A DNA stretch of 64,000 nucleotides from Ignavibacteriota bacterium. Lineage in GTDB: Bacteria; Bacteroidota; Ignavibacteria; Palsa-1295. Position 1 is the first letter of the stretch. The number at the start of each line of letters is the position of its first letter. A model generated the notes under the pieces. That model searched no databases and was not told the DNA's origin. It saw only the letters and a program-made list of their open reading frames with translations. The position numbers and the translations under genes are program-made. The stretch is taken from contig CAWBEI010000004.1 in assembly GCA_963787835.1 (NCBI GenBank), positions 224,001 to 288,000 on the forward strand. Direction: 5' to 3'. Positions 49,108-59,903 of this stretch are shown piece by piece.

Positions 49108-50802
49108 ATGACCAGGAAACTTCTGCCGCTCACTGCGCTCATTTTTATTTTTTTTGGTTGCGGTCATAAAACAACTGAGGTCGTTCGTCCCGGGCTTGGC
49201 GGTAAAAAGCTTGGCGGACGCTATACGCTGAATGAAATCCGGGGTAATCCCTCCAGCCTCGACCCCGTTCGCATGAATAGCAAAGTAGAGGATGACATTG
49301 GCACCAATATTTTCGATAAATTAGTCGAAAATAATTCCGAACTCGAATTGGTCCCAGAGCTGGCGAAAACCTGGGAGATCTCGGCTGATGGGATGACCTA
49401 CACGTTCCATCTCCGTAACGATGTGTTCTTTCACGATGATTCGTGCTTCCCGGGCGGCAAGGGCAGGAAGATGAATGCGCGTGATGTGAAATATTCCTAC
49501 GAACGTGTGTGCAATCCAAAAACTCTGACATCCGGTTACTGGGTGTTTCAGGATATTGTTCAGGGTGCCAACGATTATTTCGAGAGCAAATCCGATCGAG
49601 TTGCTGGGTTCCAGGTGGTTGATGATTCTACATTCGTTGTTCATCTCACAAAACCGTTCGCTCCGTTTCTTGAACATCTCACTACCAGTTTCGGGTATAT
49701 CGTGCCTCATGAAGCGATCGAACATTACGGCAAGGATTTTTTCCAGCATCCGGTTGGGACGGGTGCATTCAGATTTGCACATTGGATGCCTGATCAAGAA
49801 ATTCTCCTGACTCGAAATCCGAATTATTGGGAATATGACTCTTCGGGCAACCGCCTGCCGTTACTCGATGAAGTGAAGTTTACGCTTATTAAAGATGATA
49901 AGACGCTCCTGCAATCATTTCTTCAATCGAATGAGGATGAGGATTTTACTATCCCGACCGAAAGCTTTCAGGATATAGTAACCTCGGAAAAACAGTTGAC
50001 GTCACAATATTCAAAATACACGTTGCAGCATGTTTCCGCTATGAATAGTTACTTCATGGAGTTCTTGTGCTCAAAGGCTCCGTTCGACAATATGGCGCTT
50101 CGGCGTGCCATGTCGTTTGCTGTGGATCGCGAAAGCATTGTGAAATATGTTTTGAAAAACGCGCCGCATGGAGTCGCCGATCATGGAATTATTCCACCGG
50201 CATTCTCACGTTATCCGATCGATGAAGTCCACGGTATCACGTACAATCAGGACAGTGCAAAACATTGGCTTGAAGTGGCTGGCTTCCCGGCGGGGAAGGG
50301 CGCGCCGTCTATTACCCTTTCTGTATATAACGAGCCGCGTCCAATGCAGATCGCAGAAGCAGTTCAGCGCATGTGGCAAAATATTGGTCTGAATGTGAAT
50401 CTACAAGTGATGCAGTCCGCTCAGCTTCTTGATGGCTCCGAAGATGGAAGCCTCGGTCTATGGCTCACACGCTGGTATGCGGATTACCCCGAGCCGGAAA
50501 ATTTCTTAAATCTTCTCAATGGACGCCTTGTCCCAAATGATCCCAAACTAAAAAGTTACCCGAACAGCGCGAGGTGGAATGATGAGCGGTTTGACGATCT
50601 GTTCTATCAAGCCATTGCTACCACGGATGAAACAAAGCGAATGGATCTGTATGTACAGGCAGAGAATATCGCAGCGTACGATGCGCCTTCCATACCGCTA
50701 TTTTATGAAGAGCATTATCGCTTGCTACAACCGTACGTTCGCGATAATCCGCTCGATCCTATGAACCGGATCGACCTGAAATATGTGTGGTTAGATAAAT
50801 AA
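49108..50802 (+). CDS. peptide ABC transporter substrate-binding lipoprotein (OppA/DppA family 5)
   Basis: Lipobox FFGC; SLDP; PELAKTWEIS.DG.TYTFHLR; PVGTGAF; W.ADYPEPENFL. Confidence 0.92.
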   Translation: MTRKLLPLTALIFIFFGCGHKTTEVVRPGLGGKKLGGRYTLNEIRGNPSSLDPVRMNSKVEDDIGTNIFDKLVENNSELELVPELAKTWEISADGMTYTFHLRNDVFFHDDSCFPGGKGRKMNARDVKYSYERVCNPKTLTSGYWVFQDIVQGANDYFESKSDRVAGFQVVDDSTFVVHLTKPFAPFLEHLTTSFGYIVPHEAIEHYGKDFFQHPVGTGAFRFAHWMPDQEILLTRNPNYWEYDSSGNRLPLLDEVKFTLIKDDKTLLQSFLQSNEDEDFTIPTESFQDIVTSEKQLTSQYSKYTLQHVSAMNSYFMEFLCSKAPFDNMALRRAMSFAVDRESIVKYVLKNAPHGVADHGIIPPAFSRYPIDEVHGITYNQDSAKHWLEVAGFPAGKGAPSITLSVYNEPRPMQIAEAVQRMWQNIGLNVNLQVMQSAQLLDGSEDGSLGLWLTRWYADYPEPENFLNLLNGRLVPNDPKLKSYPNSARWNDERFDDLFYQAIATTDETKRMDLYVQAENIAAYDAPSIPLFYEEHYRLLQPYVRDNPLDPMNRIDLKYVWLDK

Positions 50803-50814
50803 TCACAGTACGTC

Positions 50815-52194
50815 GTGCTTCATTCTATTATTGTTCAGAAATTTGGCGGTACGTCGGTTCAGGATGCTGAATCGATGGCCCGCGTGATTGAGATCGTGCG
50901 CGAGCACGGTATTACGCGTCGTATCAGGCCTTTGGTAGTGCTTTCTGCGTGTGCCGGCGTTACGAACACGCTCATTCATATCGGCGAGCTTGCTCTGAAA
51001 GAGACGACGACCGAGGCACTTTCTCTCGTCGATCAGCTTGAAGTTCGCCATGCACGGATCGCGCGCGAACTGATCGAGGGTGAGTCTTTGGTCGAGCAGG
51101 TACATTTTTCTCTGCATGCAATTTGGGAAGAACTTCGCATTCTTGTCCGCGGCGTTAACCTTTTACGAGAACTGACCCCCAAAAGCCGGGATCAAATTCA
51201 TTCTCTTGGTGAGCGAGCGTCCTCCACGATCTTTCACGCTGGATTGAAAGAGCGATTAGGGGGTAAGGCGTTACTCGCTCATTTTTTCGATGCTCGTGAT
51301 CTTATGGCAACCTCGAATGAGTTTACTGCTGCACGGCCATTGATGGGGGAGATCGCTCGGCGGATGAAGAAAGTTCATAGTGTTCTTGCAAAAGGAGGAA
51401 TTGGCGTGACGCAGGGATTTATTGGTCGAACGCTTGCAGGTGAAACAACAACGATCGGTCGAGGCGGCTCCGATTTTTCCGCCGCGATCATGGGGGTCGC
51501 CTTAGATGCCCGCGAAATTCAGATATGGACCGATGTTGCCGGCATCATGACGTGCGATCCAAGAATCGCTCCTGCCGCCTGGACGATCGCGAGTATCTCC
51601 TTCCATGAAGCAAGTGAGCTTGCATTCTTCGGAGCTAAAGTGTTACATCCCGAGACGATCTGGCCGGCCGTTGAAAAGTCGATCCCGGTTCGAGTCCTTT
51701 CCTCGAAGGAACCTGAAAAAGAAGGGACGGTTATCGTAGCAAAATCGGAAGAAGCGAGAGCCATGACGGGCATTGCCGTCAAAAAGTCTATCGTTCTTGT
51801 GCGAATATCTGTGAATGGTTCACAACCGAATCCCGCAGTACAACAGGCCGTGTGGGCTTCTTTGGGTGAGTCGGGCGCAATCCCATTAGCAGTTTCGCTA
51901 TCGGTAGATGGGGCGTCATATACGTTTGGAGACACTGTCGCTATCCCGATTCTTCGAGCTGCTTGCGAAGGACTTGCTCGTCTTGATGTTCAAACGGATC
52001 GATCGCTGATCACAATGGTAGGTTCAGGGCTTCACACACAGTCCGGCATTGCGGCTCGAATATTTCGTGCGTTAGGCAGAACGAATTGCGAGATGATCTC
52101 CTACGGCGGTTCCGAAAGCGCGATCAGCCTCGTTGTGCATGATGAGGTCGCAAACCGGATCGTGAAAAAACTTCACGCTGAATTCTTCGAATAA
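50815..52194 (+). CDS. lysC: aspartate kinase
   Basis: VQKFGGTSV, TQGFIG, GRGGSDFSA, IWTDVAGIMTCDPR, FGAKVLHP, C-terminal ACT domain. Confidence 0.95.
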   Translation: MLHSIIVQKFGGTSVQDAESMARVIEIVREHGITRRIRPLVVLSACAGVTNTLIHIGELALKETTTEALSLVDQLEVRHARIARELIEGESLVEQVHFSLHAIWEELRILVRGVNLLRELTPKSRDQIHSLGERASSTIFHAGLKERLGGKALLAHFFDARDLMATSNEFTAARPLMGEIARRMKKVHSVLAKGGIGVTQGFIGRTLAGETTTIGRGGSDFSAAIMGVALDAREIQIWTDVAGIMTCDPRIAPAAWTIASISFHEASELAFFGAKVLHPETIWPAVEKSIPVRVLSSKEPEKEGTVIVAKSEEARAMTGIAVKKSIVLVRISVNGSQPNPAVQQAVWASLGESGAIPLAVSLSVDGASYTFGDTVAIPILRAACEGLARLDVQTDRSLITMVGSGLHTQSGIAARIFRALGRTNCEMISYGGSESAISLVVHDEVANRIVKKLHAEFFE

Positions 52195-52202
52195 CGCAGC
52201 GT

Positions 52203-53084
52203 TCAGACCCCAAATACTTGGAGATAAACGTAGGTCAGTGGCGCAACGAAGAGGATGGAATCAATCCGGTCGAGCACACCGCCGTGACCGGGGATTAGTG
52301 TTGAAGAGTCTTTGACTCCTGCATCTCGCTTAAGCATTGATTCTGCAAAATCGCCGACCTGTCCAAATCCCCCGGCAATAATACCCATTGCGATGGCTGT
52401 GGAGAGAGAAACCGATTCGAGCCCTCCGATGAACGTCCGGGCAATGAGCCATGCCACAATCGCAGCAACCAGACCGGCGATCCCTCCCTCCCACGATTTG
52501 TTAGGGCTAACGCGAGCAGAAATCTTATGACGACCGAATGCTCTTCCCACAAAATACGCTGCACTGTCGCAGATCCAGATCGAGGCAAGCATCATGATTA
52601 GAAAAAATGCACCATTGATGGACGTGTCATTTAGGTCCATCAAAGAGTCACGAATTCCGAAAAACGCTCCGAGTCCAAATCCCACATACGCTGCTCCACC
52701 GATCGTTACCGAAACCTGTACAAACGGGTTGGGATATCCCTTGAACAATTCGGAAGTAAAAACAGCTATGATTCCCAGGATCATGATAAGCGGCAACAGG
52801 TAAATTGTAAGCGTGGCTACGGAAAGATGAAGATGAAGAAACGCTGCAGCATGAAGTAGTTGATAATGCGCGAAGGATACTACAATGAGAGCAGTCAACG
52901 TCAATCCAAGGATGGTCTGTGGAACGAATCCTTTCGCCTTTGCAAGACCGTAAAATTCATGTACGGCTAAGAGGGCAACAATGATCGTCAGTCCGAGCAG
53001 CCCGATCGGTTTATAGACTATGATAAAACAGATGACCGGGATCGCAATGATCGCGACCAATACGCGTTGTGCCAGATTACTCAT
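52203..53084 (-). CDS. cdsA: phosphatidate cytidylyltransferase
   Basis: W.CDSAAYFVG, SPNKSWEG, GDFAESMLKR..VKDS..IPGHGGVLDRIDS; start at ATG 53084. Confidence 0.95.
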   Translation of the reverse strand: MSNLAQRVLVAIIAIPVICFIIVYKPIGLLGLTIIVALLAVHEFYGLAKAKGFVPQTILGLTLTALIVVSFAHYQLLHAAAFLHLHLSVATLTIYLLPLIMILGIIAVFTSELFKGYPNPFVQVSVTIGGAAYVGFGLGAFFGIRDSLMDLNDTSINGAFFLIMMLASIWICDSAAYFVGRAFGRHKISARVSPNKSWEGGIAGLVAAIVAWLIARTFIGGLESVSLSTAIAMGIIAGGFGQVGDFAESMLKRDAGVKDSSTLIPGHGGVLDRIDSILFVAPLTYVYLQVFGV

Positions 53085-54174
53085 TGGGATGGGTAGATTG
53101 TTCGTCTGTGATGCTGTTTGTGTGAACGGGAAATTCCAATGCCAGCCGTGCTTCAAACTCTCGTTCTGCATTTCCTCGGGCGTGCAGGGGAGCGGTTATC
53201 CGATTGAAGAAGTAGAGAAGAAAACCCATCAAGATAATGACCGGTACGAGAACCATCAATGCATCCGTTCCTGACAGTTCATCGGTTCCAACAAGATTGC
53301 CACTGGTTTTCGATGCAAATTGTTCGGGATTAAGATAAAGCGCAACGACGATAAAGCCGTTGTTGATGGCATGGGCCAACGCTCCGGTGAAAAGATTGTT
53401 TGTCCGGTAGGTCATCCAGCCAAGCGCAAGGCCCAATGCGAGAAGTCCGGGAAATTTAAACACACTTCCGTGAACCAGTGCGAAAAAGATCGATGCGACA
53501 AGGAGCGCGATGTATGGGCGTGTACGCCGTTTGCCGCTTCGCTCGATGTTCGTCTGTGCAAAGCCGCGGAACAGCGTTTCTTCCGCGAGCGCAGGAACGA
53601 TCGCTACGAACAGCAGGATGAGGAGAAAATCCATTGGCCCGTGAGCTGTGACAAGCCCCTGAACGGAAGCATCACTGGCGCTTTCGTATTGATCGAGAGT
53701 GTGGTAAAGGCTCGGAAACAATTTCCAAACATGTTCACCGAGCACGGAAATTGCACTACCGCCTAATTGTGCAACGAGGATGATCGGAACAGCAAGAAGA
53801 TAAGCTTGAACCGGAGTTTCATGGAATCCTTCCAACCGGAATATGGCAAACAGATTCTGGCGGGCAGCGCTCGAAAGATAGACTGTCCCACAGAGAAGGA
53901 CTATTAGTTCGGCAAGCCCGTTGATCGAAAGGGCTGCAAGAGGGTGCTGCTCAACTTGCGTGCCGACCGCAGCAATCATCACCATGCTTCCAAGCGCCTG
54001 AAACACGATGAATAGCCCAGCAACAATTAACAGCACCGATGGGAGCGTAAAGTAACCATTGTTTATCCAACCATTTCTTGATATGGAATAGATGAGTGTG
54101 CCCACCAGCGCTAAGAAGACGGTTGCGCAGATCGCCAATAGTTCGACCGAGGAAGTTGAAAGTATCAGATACAT
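53077..54174 (-). CDS. CPBP family intramembrane metalloprotease (CAAX protease-like)
   Basis: PALAEETLFRG, FALVH, HAINN; multiple TM helices; start uncertain (54174-54201). Confidence 0.88.
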   Translation of the reverse strand: MYLILSTSSVELLAICATVFLALVGTLIYSISRNGWINNGYFTLPSVLLIVAGLFIVFQALGSMVMIAAVGTQVEQHPLAALSINGLAELIVLLCGTVYLSSAARQNLFAIFRLEGFHETPVQAYLLAVPIILVAQLGGSAISVLGEHVWKLFPSLYHTLDQYESASDASVQGLVTAHGPMDFLLILLFVAIVPALAEETLFRGFAQTNIERSGKRRTRPYIALLVASIFFALVHGSVFKFPGLLALGLALGWMTYRTNNLFTGALAHAINNGFIVVALYLNPEQFASKTSGNLVGTDELSGTDALMVLVPVIILMGFLLYFFNRITAPLHARGNAEREFEARLALEFPVHTNSITDEQSTHPNE

Positions 54175-54187
54175 GTGAATGCCGATC

Positions 54188-55207
54188 TTATTTTCGAGCA
54201 ATCACGATCTCTTTCTTTTTTGCAGCCGATTGATAGATCGCTTCGACCACGGTCATGCGTTTCGCGGCTTCCTGACCGGTTGATACAACCGGTACGATCC
54301 CTTTTACTGAATTAACGAAATATCGAAGTTCGTTTTCGTACGATTTTTTATACAGTGCAACAGGGGTTTGTGTTTTTGCGGGAGTAAGATTAATGAGGTT
54401 GCCATGGACCCGCTTCATTACCTTGAGTGGATTGATGAATGCGCTTCCATCATTGCCATAGACATTGCAGTAATAGAAATCGCTCTCGCGTTGGAAGGTC
54501 CAGCTCACTTCTGAAGTGAACGTGATATCTCCAGCGAGGCGAATGAAGATCGCGGCAGAATCTTCCACGGTTTTCGTGTGAAGATGATACGTGCTTGCAC
54601 TTACTGTTTGCACATCCGGGTAATCGAGGAGCCACAAGCCGAGATCCAGCATTGCAATGCCAAGATCAAGAATGACGCCGCCACCAGATTTCTCTTTTTG
54701 CTGATGCCAGGGCGAGGTACTTGATTGTTGTTTCAGCCAGCCCGATTTGATATAGAAAACCTTGCCAAGCTCCTTTTTATCAATGAAGGTCTTCAACATC
54801 ATCGTATCAGGGCGGAAGCGGTTGTTCATTCCAACCATGAGTTTACGCCCGTACAATTCAGCAGAAGCAACCATATCCCTCGCTTCTTTTGCGGTCCGCG
54901 AAATGGGTTTTTCGACGAGGACATCGTACCCATTTTCCATTGCCTGAATGGCAAGAGGCCGGTGTGTATCGGTCGGGGTGCAAATATCGACGGCGTGGAG
55001 ATCATTGGCGACCGCTGACGCGAGTAGATCACCCATGGAAGTGAAAAAGTTTGGAACGTGGTAGCGAGCCGCAATAGCGCTTGCCTTGCGCTTATCCGGA
55101 TCGACGACAGCCACGATCTCCACATCTGGCATGTGTTCGAGTACCGGCAGGTGAACGATCTGCGCGACATTTCCGCAACCTATGAGAGCAAGCTTTATCT
55201 TTTCCAT
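54188..55207 (-). CDS. Gfo/Idh/MocA family oxidoreductase
   Basis: ALIGCGNVA, CTPTDTH, VLVEKP, SGGGVILDLG. Confidence 0.92.
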   Translation of the reverse strand: MEKIKLALIGCGNVAQIVHLPVLEHMPDVEIVAVVDPDKRKASAIAARYHVPNFFTSMGDLLASAVANDLHAVDICTPTDTHRPLAIQAMENGYDVLVEKPISRTAKEARDMVASAELYGRKLMVGMNNRFRPDTMMLKTFIDKKELGKVFYIKSGWLKQQSSTSPWHQQKEKSGGGVILDLGIAMLDLGLWLLDYPDVQTVSASTYHLHTKTVEDSAAIFIRLAGDITFTSEVSWTFQRESDFYYCNVYGNDGSAFINPLKVMKRVHGNLINLTPAKTQTPVALYKKSYENELRYFVNSVKGIVPVVSTGQEAAKRMTVVEAIYQSAAKKKEIVIARK

Positions 55208-55275
55208 TCCACAAAAATACTCAATTGCCTGCCCTCATGTCGCAGAGCGTTCAATTTTTCTGATCTATGATCCTA

Positions 55276-57936
55276 TTATTCCTTGACAATTCGCTTGCAG
55301 ATTACCTGGTCGCCGATCTGCGCGCGAACGATGTAAGTGCCTGTAACGAGCGAACTTGTCTGTAACTCTTTTGAGCCTTCGAGGTGAAATTGATTAACCG
55401 AACGCCCTAACACATCAAGGACGGTAACATCGGCGAACGGTGCTCCATCGAGCCTCACGGTGGCATCTCCACTTGTGGGATTCGGGAACACTGAAAACGA
55501 AATTGGATTTAGCACTTCACCGACTACACCCAATGGAGGAGTGTAACTGAAGTTATAGATCGTAGAGTTGTTAGCGACATCGAATGCTCTAATAGAGAAC
55601 GTTGCAGGTTGGGTAAGATCCTCAATACTATCCTTGATATCAAATGAGCCTTCGCCAAGCGTGATCTTCAGATTCGAGTCTCCAATGCTGACGTTTTCCG
55701 CATTCGAGACTGTTATGGAACGCAAGCCCCGATCCCACGGGCCGGCATCCTGAATTGCAATATTCAGCACATAGGGTTTAGTAGAAAGAGTATCCACGGT
55801 AATAGTGGGCGTGCTTGTATCGGGTATCGTGCAGTACATAAAGCTCATGGTCTGAAGGTTTAAGGCAGAGTCTTCGACCAAAACGGTTCCAGATCCATCT
55901 TGAAATGAATCGATCACGCAAACACTGAAGCTAACGGTGTCCGACCCTTTCACGAAGTTGAGAGTGTCTAATTCCATGTTTTTCATTGCGAGTGGTGTCA
56001 AGGAGTCGATTGGGCTTTTTAATACCACGTTATTTACCGTTGTTCCGGGGTCGATCGCTAAGACGGTTGTGCATTGTGAATTACATTGGCTGGTATCGTC
56101 GCTGGGGGTTCTCGATACAACGGTCATGGTAGGCGATGTAGTATCGGAGGGGATCCAGAGCGAACCATCCATTCGGATGAGCTGGCAATAAATCGCAGGA
56201 CTTCCGCTTCTAAAATCAGTCCAAGCGACAATACCGCCATCGGTTCTGGGGATGAGGCACGGTTGTTTGGCCGTCCACTGCTTTGTAGGACTATTGCCAC
56301 TGATCGCCAGCCCCCACGCATTGTGAGTTCCAGGGGTTGGGAAATATTTTTTACCAGTACGGTCAATGCGTTGCGCATAGATCATCGTGTCAACTCCATC
56401 CCATGCATCATCCCAGACTGAAAGGACACCAGTTTGTGAGCCGCCGTTCGTTGGGTCGGTTATTTTGACCGCTTGCATTTCATTATGCATGTTAGGTTTT
56501 TGTTCGAAGAACCAAAAGCCGTTTCCGCTTTGCGGCAAAAGGTCGCTACCATCACCCAGAACGCGCACCATGGCAATATCATAATTGGTGGAGGAGCCGG
56601 GCTCCTGATCGGCGAACGGAACCAGTGCGCCATTGGCACCAAACACTACAGAATCATCACCAAAGATCTGGGGGGTAATTTGGTTTTGGATCTGGTCGCT
56701 GGAGACATCGACTGCCTCCGTTGGGCTGCCCCATAAAAACGCTGTATCCATCGGAGTACTGCAGGACATACGCTGTGCATAGATCTCCTGGCTGTTGTTA
56801 TTTTCATTGAATACTTGCCAGGTAAGTAGAAGCTGGTTGCCATCTCGATTCAGAGTCACATTTCTTGAATAATCCGAGGTGTTAAGGTTAATGTAGAACT
56901 GAAACCCCGGTTGAGGAGCCGGATCCCACAGTGCGGTGCATGTACTATCGAGGTGTGTTCCATAAATGGAATTTGGCACCGTTCCAGAGTTTGTCCAGGC
57001 TAGAAAACATCCTCCTTGGCCATCATTTACAAGGGAGGGCCCTGTCTGCTTTTGGACCGCCGTATCAATAGGAAGTCCGGTCAAGTTCCCGACGAAGTAA
57101 GCACCGTATGTAGCAGGATCGGGATACGTCTTCAGGGAGATCTGTGTATCGGAGAGCACGGACGCGATCTCGTAAGAACCCTTTCCCGAAATTGTGAGGT
57201 CGAGACCTATCATATAGCATTTGAAGTGTGCGTTCGGATCATGGAAATCATACTCGTATTTGGGCTTAAAAAAGGTTCCAACGTTATTTTTTGTAAGAGT
57301 ACACTGTGTCCCAGTGGTGGTGAGGCCATATTTCACTCCATTCGACCACAGCCTGTTCATCCAGATGTCGGGCTGGGTTGTTGCATCGCACGCGCGGTTA
57401 TCTTCCCAGGCTACGTATGCACCGCCAGCCCCATCGTCACACAGTGTGGGGTTGTTGCATCCGTTGAGGCCAATACCAACCGGCAGACCAGAATCCGGAT
57501 AGGCGAGGGTGCCGTTAGCCAAAACGTGCTGAGCGTAAAGGCTGTTACCAGCATCGGTTTTCCGGCTATCGGTCCACACAACATACGCACCGCCATTGTC
57601 GTCCGATGTAATGATGGGGTTTGTCAGAGAGGGATTTCCACTTGGTACAGTTGCTAATCGTAGTCCGTTTCGGTTCCATCTGGGCCGGCCATTCTGGTCG
57701 ATATGCTGAGCGAAGATCTGATAAGTTCCATAACGGCCATCTTCCCATACAATGATGGCACCATTGTTGCCATCGGTGCAGCCCTGAGGATTATCCTGCT
57801 GCCCGATGGTATCACACACCGGAGTATTTTGCGAGGAATCCGGATGCCATTGTCCGAACGCTATGGACGGAGCAATGCAAAACATGATGCACATAATGGA
57901 AAAAAGTGGGAAGAGTCGAAAATTGCTGATCTTCAT
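55276..57936 (-). CDS. large secreted multidomain protein with T9SS-type C-terminal domain
   Basis: Signal peptide; repeated DGxGGAxxxW(E/T)D..IxAQ units; Thr/Asp-rich beta-sandwich-like region; FPNPT..LDVLGR..GTY. Confidence 0.82.
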   Translation of the reverse strand: MKISNFRLFPLFSIMCIMFCIAPSIAFGQWHPDSSQNTPVCDTIGQQDNPQGCTDGNNGAIIVWEDGRYGTYQIFAQHIDQNGRPRWNRNGLRLATVPSGNPSLTNPIITSDDNGGAYVVWTDSRKTDAGNSLYAQHVLANGTLAYPDSGLPVGIGLNGCNNPTLCDDGAGGAYVAWEDNRACDATTQPDIWMNRLWSNGVKYGLTTTGTQCTLTKNNVGTFFKPKYEYDFHDPNAHFKCYMIGLDLTISGKGSYEIASVLSDTQISLKTYPDPATYGAYFVGNLTGLPIDTAVQKQTGPSLVNDGQGGCFLAWTNSGTVPNSIYGTHLDSTCTALWDPAPQPGFQFYINLNTSDYSRNVTLNRDGNQLLLTWQVFNENNNSQEIYAQRMSCSTPMDTAFLWGSPTEAVDVSSDQIQNQITPQIFGDDSVVFGANGALVPFADQEPGSSTNYDIAMVRVLGDGSDLLPQSGNGFWFFEQKPNMHNEMQAVKITDPTNGGSQTGVLSVWDDAWDGVDTMIYAQRIDRTGKKYFPTPGTHNAWGLAISGNSPTKQWTAKQPCLIPRTDGGIVAWTDFRSGSPAIYCQLIRMDGSLWIPSDTTSPTMTVVSRTPSDDTSQCNSQCTTVLAIDPGTTVNNVVLKSPIDSLTPLAMKNMELDTLNFVKGSDTVSFSVCVIDSFQDGSGTVLVEDSALNLQTMSFMYCTIPDTSTPTITVDTLSTKPYVLNIAIQDAGPWDRGLRSITVSNAENVSIGDSNLKITLGEGSFDIKDSIEDLTQPATFSIRAFDVANNSTIYNFSYTPPLGVVGEVLNPISFSVFPNPTSGDATVRLDGAPFADVTVLDVLGRSVNQFHLEGSKELQTSSLVTGTYIVRAQIGDQVICKRIVKE

Positions 57937-58161
57937 AGCTGATGCAAGGATAAGGTTTTAGGATGAGGATGAAAGTAAGGGGATGTCTCAAGACTACAAA
58001 ACGATACCGAGGATAAGTCGGGGAAACTTCCGAAGGTTATTTAAAGAAATTCATAGTCCTTTAATACTTTATATCCCATATTACACGATTTCATAACAAT
58101 TAATTCAACGTCAGACATAATTTTCTTAAAGAACGGCGGCGTAGTCGTGCGAGCGTAGTAT

Positions 58162-59853
58162 TTAACTCTTTTTGAATTGCACCGCTTTCCACTTTAAGAA
58201 AAGTGGCTTGCATTTATTCCGTTGATATTTTCCCGTGCTCGTGACGGGTATTTCGTTACCGAATACCACGACTTTGGGCGATTTAGAAAATGGCAGGAAC
58301 GCGTGACAGTGTGTCAAGACTTCCTCGGCACTCACCGCGGGCCCTTCGACCGGTTGGACATAAGCGCCGATTTCCTCACCATAAAAATCATTCTCGAATC
58401 CAACGGCGATCGCGGCCTTGACTTTTGGGCATTTTGCAAGCACCTCATCAATTTCAAGCGGGGAAATGTTGACTCCGCCACGAATGATTAGCTCCTTAAT
58501 TCGACCCGTGATAAAGAAAAATTTTCGCCCGGTCGCATCCATTTCATAAAAACCTTCGTCACCCGATCGAAACCAGCCGTAGCTAAAGGTATTCTCATTC
58601 GCCTCATCATTTTCATAATAATATTTCATGACGTTCTCACCTCGGATCGCGATCTCACCTTTTTCACCGGGGGCAAGTTCTCGGCCCGATTCATCGGCGA
58701 TCATCATTTCATTTTGTGGAATTGCCACGCCGATCGAAGGATAGCCATGTGCGCGCATCCAATGCCGATGTTCTTCTTCTGAAAGGTCAATTGGAAGAAA
58801 GCACGAATAACACGTCGTTTCACTTAGGCCATATCCATGCATGATCGGGATACTGAAGATATCTTCGAATTGTGCACCAAGCTCCACGGTAAGCGGTCCC
58901 GCGCCGCAGATAATGTGCCTCAGTGTTGCTCGCTGAGCGTTCATTGATTCGAGCAAAGCGGGTTGGGATTTATAATATTCTATCAAGAATGCAAGTAATG
59001 TTGGAACTACGCTGACGACATTCACTCGCTCGCGTTCAATGCGCTCGAAAAAGTGCTCGGACTGAAATTTTTGGTTCAGCACGACCGTCCCGCCAAAATA
59101 CATTGGCGTCACAAGCGTCACAACAGTGCCGTTAACGTGATGAATAGGAAGTACACACATCATACGCTGTGAGTTTTTCATTCCGTGCCATTCGGTTATG
59201 CCTTTTGCATCCGCAAGTAAATTGCGCTGAGTGAGCACGACGCCCTTGGGATTGCCGGTTGTTCCACTGGTATAAACGATCAGGGCTTCATCTTCGATGG
59301 TTACGGCTTCGTCACTGGAAAAAAAAGGGTTGGCGCTTTCTATTTCCTCTTCAAAGTTTCCAGAGCCACAAAGTAGGACGGAGTGGACGGAGTGGACGGA
59401 GTGGACGGGTTGGATAATCGGAGAGATTCGAATTCCATAATCCTGTCTGAGAAATACGAGCTTTGCCTTGCTGTTTTCAAGGATATATCGAATTCGGTTG
59501 TCATCTTCGGAAAGGCTTACGGGAACCACACATGCACCCATCAGCCAGGCTGCAAAATATTGGATCACCGTATCCGAATGGTTATGGCTTATTGTCGCAA
59601 CCCGGTCTCCACGCCGGAGGCCATGCGAGCGCATCACGTTTGCGCATCTTCCGACGAGATCGAAGAATTCTTTGAAGCTGAATGAAGTCCTGTATCCTTG
59701 AAGATCATAATAGATAAGATAGGGCTTCGTATCGTAAGCACGAGCGTGCTTGAAGAGAAGTTCGCCAATGTTTTGATACTCGCTCGCTGTTTCAAGACCG
59801 TTCGAAACACGGCGGGCACTCGATATCTTTTTGAGGATTGCTTCAGATAACAT
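58162..59853 (-). CDS. class I adenylate-forming enzyme (acyl-CoA ligase family)
   Basis: YTSGTTGNPKG, GYGLSET, GWFRSGDEG, GRIKELIIRGG, TSTGK; start uncertain (59853-59868). Confidence 0.92.
   Translation of the reverse strand: MLSEAILKKISSARRVSNGLETASEYQNIGELLFKHARAYDTKPYLIYYDLQGYRTSFSFKEFFDLVGRCANVMRSHGLRRGDRVATISHNHSDTVIQYFAAWLMGACVVPVSLSEDDNRIRYILENSKAKLVFLRQDYGIRISPIIQPVHSVHSVHSVLLCGSGNFEEEIESANPFFSSDEAVTIEDEALIVYTSGTTGNPKGVVLTQRNLLADAKGITEWHGMKNSQRMMCVLPIHHVNGTVVTLVTPMYFGGTVVLNQKFQSEHFFERIERERVNVVSVVPTLLAFLIEYYKSQPALLESMNAQRATLRHIICGAGPLTVELGAQFEDIFSIPIMHGYGLSETTCYSCFLPIDLSEEEHRHWMRAHGYPSIGVAIPQNEMMIADESGRELAPGEKGEIAIRGENVMKYYYENDEANENTFSYGWFRSGDEGFYEMDATGRKFFFITGRIKELIIRGGVNISPLEIDEVLAKCPKVKAAIAVGFENDFYGEEIGAYVQPVEGPAVSAEEVLTHCHAFLPFSKSPKVVVFGNEIPVTSTGKYQRNKCKPLFLKWKAVQFKKS
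59376..59408. repeat. in-frame 9-bp tandem repeat (GGACGGAGT x~3.7) encoding VHSVHSVHSV
   Basis: ggacggagtggacggagtggacggagtggacgg. Confidence 0.85.
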
Positions 59854-59903
59854 ACCGCAAGCAACCAATTTGAACCTGAAATAAACTCCCGACGAAGATT
59901 CGT

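Noticed and set aside
48918-49142. 74-aa minus-strand ORF
   Set aside because: Antisense translation of tRNA-Phe and its terminator
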